Shown here in pieces: positions 13,071-24,627 of a stretch of DNA of 64,000 nt (position 1 is its first letter; the number at the start of each line of letters is the position of its first letter). A model generated the notes under the pieces. It was given only the letters and a program-made list of their open reading frames with translations, was not told the origin of the DNA and ran no database searches. The position numbers were made by a program, and so were the translations under genes. Origin of the DNA: Lama guanicoe (taxonomy: Eukaryota). Location: NCBI GenBank assembly GCA_013239625.1, contig MU053487.1, positions 2,067,058-2,131,057 of the forward strand, given 5' to 3'.

Positions 13071-13809
13071 CTGGAACTGGCATTTCTTTTTTAAAAAAGT
13101 GCTTTGAAATCAGTAAAGCATTGAAAGCTAGCCATTAAATGTTGAAAGCAAAATAAAGGGAGATGGGCGCTTTCCCCCAGACAACCAGAGGCAGTGGAAG
13201 AACAGTCCATGAAGTCTGCACAGTGTGCTCTGAGGAATCAGAGGAAGGAGGGACCTTGAAGGACGCTTTTCCGGGAAAGGAAAACAAAGTCTGCTGCCCA
13301 AGTCAGTCCATGCAGGGTGCGCAGCGCTGGAGTGAGCGGGGCGCCAGGCCGGGACACGCAGTGGCAGGACGTGGCGTCCAGGGTGGCGCTGTCCCCCACC
13401 TCCGCCCTGTTGCTCCTATTCTTTCCCCTGAGCTGTCAGACTCCAGACCCCGCCTGCCAGTTCGCAACAATGGGAACTCCAGAAACAAACCCAGCAACTC
13501 CCCTTATCTCAGCGTGACTCGATAATCCTTCAGGAAAGTAATGCTTCCTTTTGGAGACAGGTAGTATCTTACTTTTCACAAAAGGAAAATATACTTTTTA
13601 TAGAAAATGAGCAAATACAAACAAAAACAAGAACAAAAAAGCACTTACGCTGCAACCTAGATAGAAATATTATTACCATCTTGGCACACGTCCCGCCAGA
13701 CTTCTTTACCTGCATGTATGTGCTCACTAAAGTCAGAGTTTTCTAAACATTTTATGTTTTACTGTGTTTTGACCCTTTAACATTATATTGTGAACATATG
13801 AACGAGACA

Positions 13810-13920
13810 GAGGCGTTGGTTGCACAACACTGAGAATGTACTAAATGCCACTGAACTGTTCACTTTAAAATAGTTAATTTTTGTCATGTGAATTTCACCT
13901 CAATTTTAAAAAAAAGTGGG
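13810..13920 (+). mobile_element. Old L1 (L1MB-like) 3' terminus
   Basis: ggttgcacaacactgagaatgtactaaatgccactgaactgttcactttaaaatagttaa...cacctcaatttt followed by an A run. Confidence 0.7.
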
Positions 13921-13934
13921 GAGAAAAAAACAAA

Positions 13935-14240
13935 GCTGTGGCCCTGAACCAAATCTGGCCCACTGCCTATTTTCATACAGACAAGTTTTTACATTTTTTT
14001 TAGTTGTTGAAAGATAATCCAAAGACGGTTTCATGACACATAAAAAGTATATTCAAATTTCAGTGTCTATAAGTAGAGTTTTATGGAGACACAGCCACGC
14101 TCCTTTGGTTACTTATTATTTATGTCTGCTTTCAGGCTACAGCAGCAGAGCTGAAGAGATGCCGTAGAAACGGTGTGGCTTGCAAGGCTTAAAATATTTA
14201 CCATCTTACCCTTTACTGAGAAACTGTTCTGGCCTCTAGT
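13935..14240 (+). mobile_element. MER58B-like hAT-Charlie element
   Basis: ccaaatctggcccactgcctatttt...acacagccacgc...aaaatatttaccatcttaccctttac. Confidence 0.7.
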
Positions 14241-14475
14241 ATAACCCCTCAGAAGGAGAAAAAAAACAAAAACAAAAAAAACCTGCTAACTTAAGGGCCA
14301 AGGTTGGTGTTGTTGAATGGCTTTCTTCTGGAGAGACCCTTCATTCTACTGCCAGAATCTTCAGATTACTGGAAGATAAGTATCTTTCAAAGGAGGAATT
14401 GGGAAGCTGTCTTCCTTCCTCCTGGCAATTATGTCTTCATGTGATGAGCCTACAGACTACACTTTAAAAATACTA

Positions 14476-15090
14476 CATCTTCATCCATTTATCTGTCAGT
14501 GGACACAGAGGTTGCTTCCAAATCTTGGCTACTGTAAAGAATGGTGCTATGAACATGGGGGTGCATATATCCTTTAGAATTAGTGTTTTTGTTTTCTTCA
14601 GATAAATACCCAAGAGTGGAATTGCTGACTTGGATAAAGAAGATGTGCTGTATACACAGATACATATATCTGTATATACCATGGAATATTACTCAGCCAT
14701 TAAAAATGAAATTTTGCCATTTGTGACAACATTGATGGATTTGGAGGGTATTACATTTAGTGAAATAAGTAGGAGAGAGGAAGACAAATACTGTATGTTT
14801 TCACTTATATGTGGAATCTAAAAAATAAAGCAAATAAGCAAGCGTAACAAAACAGAGACAGACTCACAGATGCAGAGAACAGACTAGTGGTTACCAGACT
14901 GGAGAGAGGAAAAACAGGTGAAGGGGAGTGAAAAAAATCAAACTACTGGGTATAAAATAAGTAAGTGTACAGCACAGGGAACACAGCCAGTATTTTCTAG
15001 TAACTTTGTGTGGAGTATAATCTACAAAAATATCAAATTACTATGTTGCACACCTGAAACTAAAACTGTAAATCAACTATCCTTCAATAA
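14476..15090 (+). mobile_element. L1 3' end with an inverted 5' segment
   Basis: 14476-~14628 is minus-strand ORF2 end (AIPLLGIY...IWKQP); ~14630-15090 is the + strand continuation (YTMEYYSAIK...) and 3' UTR. Possible TSD TAAAAATA(C/T)TA at 14465-14475 and 15088-15098. Confidence 0.8.
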
Positions 15091-18000
15091 AAATATTAGA
15101 GGATAAGACAGCATTTCTGATGCTGTGGTGGGTATCATAAAAATATCGCTGGTGGCGTGCTCAGTGTGGGAGAGGTGAGTACCGGAGAGTAAGCCCAGGG
15201 GAGTGATTGCGTCCTCTCTGACCCTCGGTCTCTTCTTTCTCCCCAACTTCCCTAAAAATCATAGCCAACGAGGGCAAAGAAGAGACTCACCGACCTCAGT
15301 ACGGCTTCTTCACAGTCCTTGCCAGAGCTTCCAAATGCTAGTCTGAGCAGAAATGAGAAGTCTGACATCTCAGTTGCCCGTCTTTCAGTAGTGTGAATGA
15401 GCGTGCACACCCATCCTGTCTGTCTTGCTTTGTTGTTGCGCTTGTCTTTTTTTTTTTTTAATACTCTAGCCTCACTCTCACACCTTTCCCAGTGTAGCCC
15501 CCTTTGTACTGATCCCTGGAGGATCTCTCCAGAAAGCGGCCCAGTTTGCATTGTAGACGTGTGCCTAGAAAGCTGAGGGGAAATTCCATGCACCCTGGCA
15601 GTTCTCACAGGATTTAACCAGTAGTTATATCTCTTTTCTTTTGGCCATGGATCTTAAAACTTTTACCAGTTTGGTCTGGGTCAGGTAGTTAGAGGTTCTG
15701 TTAACTTAACACCATAAATAAAAGAAAATTATTATGCATTACTGTGATTATAATTTTAAATATTATTTACATAAAATATTAATATAGTTGATAAGTATGA
15801 ATGCTACTTAGAGCTATGCAGTGAATTCATTTGTAAATGAAACATTTCTTTAATATTTTATACCATATTCATGTTCAAAAGGTATTTGAGGTAAACTCTG
15901 ACAAAGCAAGGATCAGCTTACTTGTTTGTAAATGGAGGTGTAAGGGAGGGACTGGGGTGTAGTCCACATGGGAGAGGAGGGTGTTGCCTGATCCAATCCT
16001 GAGGCTGGAATGTCCAAGTCAGTCTTAAGTCTGGAAACCATGACCTACGGAGTTGAGATGCTGCACCTTTGAGCCATGTCACCACTTCCTTTCCTGCGTA
16101 ATTCTGTCTCATTCCTTGGGCTAGCAAAGATTCAAAGGTAAAAGGCCCACGAATAATGCTAGCTGCATGGTAATGCCAGTATTTATCATCCAGCAGAGGT
16201 TTTGTTAAAGCGTTTAGTCTAGAAAGACGGATTCTGTCATCTCTTTGCATAGTCCCTAGCCTGTAAGTGCCTCTGGTCTGCCCGGCCACTGAAAACTCAC
16301 CCACTGCGTCAGCTTTCATCTCTCTGGCTCTGAGGTCCTTCTGTGGGTCGGGCTTCCGGCCCCTGTGGGCTCTGCGCTCCTGGTGCAGGCCATCTCCTCA
16401 TCCCCTGCCGACTCTTCTCCCAGCCGTGGCCTGTACTGGTGGGGCTGAGGGGAGCCCAGTGGCCCAACCTATGAGAATAGGAGCCTGGAACATCTTGGAA
16501 CCATCTCATCTGTATTTACCTTTGAATCATTTATATATCTCTTATGTAATTCAAGGAATATGTATGGGTCTACTTCTAGATATACACACACATATATATT
16601 ATATATTTCTAGATTTAAGAAATTTTTTTCCCAAACCATAGTAAAGGATCAGTCTTACAGTCTCATTTACATTCATTCCAATCAAATAAATTGTAGGGAT
16701 GATTCTACGGTTGTACAATCTGGAAGCAAACTAATTATCAGTAACAATTATAATGACTGTTTATTGGTGATTTAAGTACCGTCTGATTACAAGTTTATTT
16801 TTACTTATTCTCTGTATTATTTCTCTAGGTGAGTGATCTCAAGTGCAAACCATTGTTTTAGCCTGTTTTGTCTTTAACTCTGATCCTACATGCAATTCAA
16901 CTAAGGGTTAAGCAATGCCTTGATGGCAAAATGTTATCAGAATGAGTCTGACCGATTGTTTTAGAAGTATCTATAATCAATATCATTTTTTAAAGAGCCG
17001 GTCATCCAATTTAGTTGATTCAGCCCTTTGCATTGAGAAAAAACCCTTCAATATGTTCTCCCAATGTCTATACGTGAAGTTTTTATTCACTGGAGTTTCA
17101 GCACTTGGCTTTCTACAGACAGCTCACCCATTCCTAGTGGTAAATGAAACCAGGCTCGCAAAACAGCTCGGTGCCTGACAGTTAGTGTTGTCCTGGTTTG
17201 CAATGATCCGTTCCCAACTCCACCTCAATATCATAACTCACATTCTGATCAATTTTCAGCCGTAACTCACAGAATTCCCTTAGCTCTATCCCACAAGTTC
17301 ATATCCCAAGGAAGAACTGATGGTGTCTGATCAGCTGGCCCCCATACCTTCCCTGTATCTACAGACACCAAGGACCACATCATGTGAAAGGGTTGACCTG
17401 ACCCGGTTTCCAGCAACTTCATTTTTTTTATTTGCCTGTTTTCACAGTAGCACGTGAGAAGAGTTTAAAGACGGTCCTGATGGTACTGAAAAAACTACCA
17501 GGGAAACTGCGTCATCCTAAAACCCAGACTCACTTCTGAAAGATGACCACGTTCATCCTCTTTAATGGTTTCTTCTGGCATCTATTTCAGTATTTCTAAT
17601 CTCTTCTACTACTGTTTATTGACCAAGCAAACATGGGTTGGCATCCTGCTATCAAGGAGAAGGGTTCAGCTCTCACCCTGTGCCTGATCCCCTCTTCCTC
17701 CATCTCACCTTCCCGCAGGAGTTCTGTCACAATCTTGGCTGCTCCCTTGCTCTCTCATCTTCCCAGGTCTTTTTATCACAGTTCTGTGTTAACTAAATGG
17801 TCAGTGTATACACTATCATGACTACTGCTAACTTCCAAATCAAGAAGTGTACGATGATTACGTTTCTTTCCTTCCACAAGTTTTCTATTTTCATTTCCTG
17901 GACTTTTCGTGCACCTATGATTGGGATTTTTTCCCCCATATGCTCCCATGTATCTGTCAAATGCCATGTCTATTATAATATCCAGATCTAAAAAAGTACC

Positions 18001-19689
18001 AGTAAACTTTCAAGTTCCATGTTTTTCCCCACGTCTACTCCCTTAATTCATCTTTGGCTCTCGTCTAGGGCTGTTACAGTGTGGTCATATGGGCATATCA
18101 TTCACCTCTCCTCTGGGTAGGTCTTCTGTTGTGCACTGAAGCTGGTATTTTTCTCTTTCTTGATTTATTTATTCATCTTTCTGAGGCACATCCTTCAGTA
18201 ACTTTCTAAGAGAGAGTACATGGGAAGTAAATATTTTTAATTCTTGGAGCTCTGAATAGCTGTTTATTCTGCCTTCATACTTGTTGATAATTTGGCTGGA
18301 TATAAAATTCTAGGTTGGGAATCATTTTCTCAGAATTTTGAAATCCTGCAGTTTTGTAAGCCCTGTGGCCTTCTATATTCCAAGTTGTTCTTGGGAGATT
18401 CAACCATCCTCTCTTCTGCTGAATTGCTTACCATACCTCCGGTTGCTGTCTTCCAAGTACGTGCTTTTCTACTCTCACCACTCCTCCCAGTAACCTTGTT
18501 ATTTGGAATTTGTATCATCTTTTTACTCTTACTAATTATAGTGGGGTTTGGGTATGAATAAGTGGGCAATTCTTACTAAGTGGGTGGCCAGTCCACCATG
18601 TTTACTCGAAGTCCAGTGATCTCTTTGTTTCCAAGTATTTAACCCCTTGCAATCCCCTTTGCATATATTATGATGCTGCTACTATTAGCAACCTTTAGAG
18701 TAGTTGCTGATGTTCTCATTTGATAATGAGACAGCTGAGGCTCCAAGAATGGTAGTAGTTTCCTTAAGTTTCAAGAGCCAGCCTGAGGGATACTCAAATT
18801 TAAAACCATGTTTTTCCCACCCTACTGAGGCACAAGGGTCACATTCAGTGCTGCCTCTGTGATAGAGGGCAGTAGTAATACAACAGGTTGGTCCACGGCT
18901 GCTCCGCATCTTGCTACAGTAACCTAATGCCACTGCTGGGATGTGAATTTTTCCTTTGAACTATTCTCTGAGCCACAGAATAGAAGCTTTCCTCTTCAGC
19001 CACTCTTGTTATTCCAGAGTAGGAACTGGAACACCTAAAACCGAGTAATTGCTGGTGGTCTGACTCATACAGTGGAGTATATTAGAACAAACAAGGAGAA
19101 CTGAAATTATGGTGTTCAGGTCTGAGGGAAAATATACCGTAATATATAATGGCTCTATTTAGAGTCTAGCACACAAAGAAATAACTTTCCTCTTTGAAGC
19201 TTTCACTTAGATTTTCACATAAGACACAAATAGCATTCTCTATTTGACAACAAAAATTAAGTTACTGCTTCCAAAGTCCAGCCTTTTGAAGGCATTGCAA
19301 TTGTTCAGCTAAGTGGTTATTCTTAAAAAGAAAAAGACTTTCCAGATAGTATTTATGAACAAGCACACCTACCTGATAATTCATGGTGTGTTTTTATGTC
19401 ACTTGGCCTTTCTGTGGTTATAACAGCAGACGTGGTTTGTGTTCAGTGATGCCTTTGTGGAGGGTGTTTTCAGGCAGGACCTCCGACCTGAGGCAAGTCA
19501 TTTTGCTGCTTGGACCCTCAGGCTTCTCATCTGCGAAATAAAATCACAGAGATGATCTGCAAGTCCTCTTTTCGCTCTTGAATGCCATTTCTACATCATC
19601 GATGAAATCAACTTCAATTAATTATCTAAATCAGTCACCACTGACTTCAGTGTGTGTGTGCGCCTACAGAAGAATTGGTTCGTTAATTT

Positions 19690-20320
19690 CTTTAATACTT
19701 ACTTATTTATTCATACCCAGAGCCAGGTCTACAGTGGACAGATTCCATCCTTAGCTTCATTGAGTTCATAATCCAGAGGAAAAGGCAGACAAAAACAAAC
19801 TCAAATAGTCATTGTGATAAATACCATGAAAGATAACAACAGAGTGCTAGGAAAAGACACGTTAGACGGGGGAAGTGAACTGTCTCCAAGAAGGCTTCAC
19901 TGGCGAAATGACGGGCAACCTCAAAGCACAAGGAGCAGTGAAACAAGGGAAGAGTGATGGACACAGCATTCCAGGCACACAGGCACCGTGTGTAAAGACC
20001 CTGAGGGTTTAAAGAGCTTGTGCATTTAAAGAACTTGATGAAGGTCACGTGGTTAGACCCTAGTGAACAAGACAGGTTGGCCTGAGATAGTTAGAAACCT
20101 ACAAAGTCTTGCCCCCGTGGTGAGCATTTTGTGCAACATCAAGAAGGCAGGCAGAGCCACTGAGAGAGGCTAAGCAAGAGGAGGAGGGGATTCAAGCACA
20201 TCTGTAGATAACTCTGGTTCTGCGACACACGCTGGAGGGAGGGGAAAACAGATGAAGGCAGTTCAATCCAGATTCAGTCTAGACAAGGGATGGGGGTGGT
20301 TTTGATGAGAAGGCAGTGGT
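19690..20320 (-). mobile_element. L2 remnant
   Basis: ttatttattcat at the left end and agcattccaggcac...tgtgtaaagaccctgagg, typical of L2 read antisense. Confidence 0.55.
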
Positions 20321-21110
20321 GGTGAAGAGAGTGGATGTTCCCCATTTGGGGTATCATCATTGTGTGTCTGTAGTCAGCTGTGGTACATACAGTGGGAGAC
20401 CTGTGGCCTCACGTGTCATGGTACCTGGATGTATTAATTCCTCAACTCCACTGACGTATGGAGGTTCCCACTGCCTTTCAAGGTGGTCTTCTCGGGCAGC
20501 ATTCCACATAGCCACATGTGATCCACAGGAAATATTCCCACATCCTTTTCCTGACAAGCTTTTGGAGTGCAGGCCTTGCCTATGTGATTCTCTGTCCTCA
20601 GTCACTCCCATCTCTCCCCCACTGAAGAGCATCCTCAGCCCCACTTCCATGCAGACCACACGGTTCCCCCTTTGTTGGTCATTCTCCAGATAGTCTGCCC
20701 AACAGTTCAAACCCTGTGATGGCAATTCCAGCAAAAGGGAGCAGAATTTCAGGACTTGGACTACTCAGCAAGACTTCCAGGAGAGCAGAAATGTGACCTC
20801 TATGAAGAGCAAAGAAAGTAGGATTTGCAGGCTTGAATTGAGAAAACAGTGGAAGCAGAGGGGGCTGCGATTTCCTAGAGGATGAACAGGGAAGGACTGG
20901 AGGGAAACCAGAGGCGAGACTTTCAGTAGAAAAACGTGGAAGAATGGGAATGGCATCTCCCATGACATTTTGTCCATTCTGAAAGCTTCATACAAAAGTC
21001 AGAAGAACTGCCTGGGTTCTGGGACCAATCACTTTTTCAGTGAGTTCAGACCAGTTACCAGGAAAAAGAGTAGGTTGTAGCCTAACCAGAGCTCACCGTC
21101 TCTCCAACAG

Positions 21111-21211
21111 GAACGAACGCTAAACACGGGCTGCGCTGCAAGGCCTGTAAGATGAGCATCCACCACAAGTGTGTGGACGGCCTGGCACCCCAGCGGTGCA
21201 TGGGCAAGCTG
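21111..21211 (+). CDS. STAC: STAC coding exon (exon 3 by human numbering); C-terminal half of the C1 zinc-binding domain
   Basis: Acceptor tctccaacAG|, donor |GTaagg; 101 nt, phase 1 to 0. Translates (G)TNAKHGLRCKACKMSIHHKCVDGLAPQRCMGKL, matching STAC as I recall it (CxxC...HxxC...C pattern). Confidence 0.96.
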
Positions 21212-22659
21212 GTAAGGGCCTGGGCTGGGAGTGTGCCCTGGAACCCCCCGTGCAGGGCTCCACCCTGTCCAGTCAGATCACTCCATTCAGACCCCTTCCT
21301 GGCAGCACCCGGGACACCAAGAAGGTAGCCCCGAATCTTGTGTTGGCCAACTTGGCTTCCTGGTTGGCGTAATGATAGAGCAGGGGGAGAGCTTTGTCAG
21401 CCTCAGATGTGCATGTTTCACTTGTGAAAAGGATCCAGGGTCCTTAATAGGGTGGACAGCAGCCTGACTTGGGTTGGGAGTTTCTCAGTTTTTACACCAG
21501 AAGTTCTACCTCTGGGACTGTCTGGGTTTTAAAAGTAAAATTCAGGCATCCTAGGAACCCCCTCAGCCCCAGGATGATGAGGGCGGTTGGCTGCCCTCAC
21601 CTCACACTTAGTTGGCTGACAGCTCAGTGGGTGTCAAGAATGGGCTAGAGATTACCTGCTCCATGTCTGTGGGGCAGTTAGTGGAAATCTACACTGCTTC
21701 ACAGATCATGGCGGCCAAACCCAGGGAGGTGGGCTCGGCCTGGCCCATTCTGCACTCACCATCCCATCTCAGGGGCGTGGGCTTCAGGACTGGTGCCACA
21801 CGTTGATAAAAAGCAACCCAGGGCACTTCTGAGGATATCTGAAAGTAGGATGGCCAAGGAACTCTAGAAGGGACCCAGAATGTCTACCCTAGAGATACTG
21901 AGGGCATGAGAACTGTCTTCAAAAAAATTTAAGAACTGTCACCCAGAGGAAGAATTCCATTGTTCTCTGTGGCTCCAGGGAAAAGACCTAGGGTCAGTAG
22001 GTACCAAGCCTTTATCAGAGATAATGTCACCAAAGTCCTGCCTCCAGGGTGAGTGAGAGCTCCTCCTACCCAGCCCCCAGCACTGGCAGTGTTCACAGGA
22101 AGATACAACTTGCAAGGAACACTGGAGAGGATTCTGGGATTCTAGTAGAGGCGGGGCCCCGAAGTTCCCTTCTAACACTGGGAGACAGTAAGTCAAGACT
22201 CTTAAAGAGCTCACCTCCTTACCCTGATTGGCAATGTCCTCTTCTCAAAACCCCTGCCTCATTTGCTCCCCTCCTCCTCCTTCAATGGTGATGCCCACAA
22301 GCCAAGGCAAAGAGCTGAGAAGTCAGGAAAACAGAAAGGAACCTGGAACACACAGTGCCCGATTCTGAGCAGAGCTCATGAGACATACTAGGGACCTGAC
22401 GTCTACCTGTGAGGTCCGCTTGCCCATGCCCGACGGGGAGAGGCAGGGCTGGGGGGGCTTGCTTTCTGGATGGAGTTTTGCTCCATTGACACCTGTACCT
22501 CCCCACCCCCAGGGATAAATTATAGGACATGTCAGCGTCTTAACGGGAGATAGGGAGGTGCCCCTGGAGAAACCAACTAGTTTCGTTTTGAGAGTTCTTG
22601 TGTGGTTGTCTCCTTTCATCAGTGACATTAGGCCCTTCTCTTTCTCATTCTCTCTCCAG

Positions 22660-22741
22660 CCAAAGGGGTTTCGGCGTTACTACAGCTCCCCCTTGCTCAT
22701 TCATGAACAGTTTGGATGCATTAAAGAAGTTATGCCCATTG
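22660..22741 (+). CDS. STAC: STAC coding exon 4
   Basis: Long pyrimidine tract then ccAG|, donor |GTgagt; 82 nt, phase 0 to 1. Translates PKGFRRYYSSPLLIHEQFGCIKEVMPI. Confidence 0.96.
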
Positions 22742-23849
22742 GTGAGTTGGGACATGGATGGGTTGAGTTGGGTTGGGGGCAGCAACATCAGCACTGGTGG
22801 CTGCTCCTCTCCCAGGTCCCAGGGCCACAATACCAGCGAGGGCTGTGTGTGTGCATTGGTTTGGTGGCGAACTGAGTTATGGTCGTGTGTTTTTGCTGGA
22901 GGGACAGCATAAAGTGGACCAGGTTCTCCAGGAACTTTCGTCCTCCCCCTGGTGAAGCCTGAAAGGCACTCAAGCCCCAAAGGCTGCAGACAGACTCTGC
23001 CAGCCGTCAGCAGCCTGATGGGGAGAGAAGAGCTTGGAGGACAGCAGCCCAGACCTGGGTCAAAGCCCAGCCTCCCCACTGGCCAACTCTGTGTCTGAAC
23101 AAGCTACTCAACCCATTGGGCCCTATGAAATGAAAACAGCCATGGTTGCTTTTCATAATTTTTGTAAAATATATATACGCATTATAGACCAATGCTTGGA
23201 AGGGACTCAGTGAGTATCAGTTATTCTTTAATGAGGACAAAAAATGTCTTATATTTTATAGATCTTTCTGGCTTAATGTATTTTTTAACAATAACTTGCA
23301 GTTTACTTATATTATTTCTCTCTTTCTGAAAATCTCTGCGTTTATGTGTGCTTTGGGTGGGGGCAGGGGAAGCAAGTTTTAACCTAGAAATATATAAACC
23401 AGATGGTTTTTCATTAGAAATTCAGGAAGGCTGGTAACGTCAGATTCTTTCCAAACACTTACCTCCTACTGCAGACTTTGTGTCGCAAGACTTCCTACCT
23501 TGGTAAGCAGAGCCTTTCGCTAGAGGAAATAAAGCTGGTCTCTGGGAAGAACCTTGACCTTGGCATCCTGGGGATGGGTAACAAAAGAAAAAACCAATAA
23601 ATTAGGAAGCGTCTGAGAGCAGACAGTGCAGGGGAGAGGCCTGGAAATGGGCACACGCCGTGGGGGGGGGGGCACATCTGCGAGGAAAGTTTGACCAAAA
23701 AAGCCCCGTTTTCCCAGGGGTTAGTGTGTCTGTCGTGCAGAAGCTACTTCCCGGTGCTGTTAACCCAGGATGTGTGACAGGTGGTTGGTGGTATCCCTGA
23801 CAGTGACTTGAGGAAACCCTTCTCAGATGAGCCTTCTCTTCCGTTGCAG

Positions 23850-23965
23850 CCTGTGGCAATAAGGTGGACCCTGTGTACGAGACCCTCCGCTTCGGCACCT
23901 CCCTGGCCCAGAGGACAAAGAAGGGCAGCTCCGGCAGTGGCTCTGATTCGCCTCACAGAACCTCT
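23850..23965 (+). CDS. STAC: STAC coding exon 5
   Basis: Acceptor ttgcAG|, donor |GTaatt; 116 nt, phase 1 to 0. Translates (A)CGNKVDPVYETLRFGTSLAQRTKKGSSGSGSDSPHRTS, including the STAC-family KVDPVYETLRFGTSL motif. Confidence 0.96.
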
Positions 23966-24548
23966 GTAATTGTCCTCTTCCTCCCTCGGCTCACCTGCTG
24001 TGGCCCCGGGCTGGGCAGACTGTGGGTTCTACCTAAATGAATCCTGGCGGGAGTCTGTAGGGAGCCAGGCAGCCTCCAAAGGGACCTCCAAGTGCCTTGA
24101 ACCATTAAAGGTTAACTGCCTGTTGCCAACATCCAAACATCCTTTTACTTTCCTCCTCAGAGACCAGGCTCTTGGTCTCCTGCTCCTCGACTCCGACTCC
24201 GTGTACTCTGCCCCTCCCCTCCCTCCAGCATTGGGTAGCAGAGCTGCCAACACAGAGAAAGGTTTGAGCCCAACAAGGGGCAGAAGCAGGGAAGTCCCAG
24301 CTGTGTCCCGTTCTCCTGGCTGCACCCCAGCTCAAGAATACAGCCATTGCTCACATTTTCTCAGCCCTTTCTAAGACAAGGTACACTCTAGTTTCACACA
24401 AAAACTGCCCTCCAGAGAGCAGTGATGCAATTCTTAAGACAGCGTCATGCAAATTTCATCTTAGTTCTTCTACTGATATCAAAGTCTCTGCTTAGTTGGC
24501 CACTGAAATGATTTTGCCCATTCCATGCCGTTCCCTCTTTTCCCCAAG

Positions 24549-24627
24549 ACTTCAGATCTCGTGGAGGTTCCTGAAGAAGCTGACAGGCCGGGAGGCGGAT
24601 ACGACCTACGGAAACGCAGCAACAGCG
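24549..24627 (+). CDS. STAC: STAC coding exon 6
   Basis: Acceptor ccccaAG|, donor |GTaagt; 79 nt, phase 0 to 1. Translates TSDLVEVPEEADRPGGGYDLRKRSNS. Confidence 0.93.
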
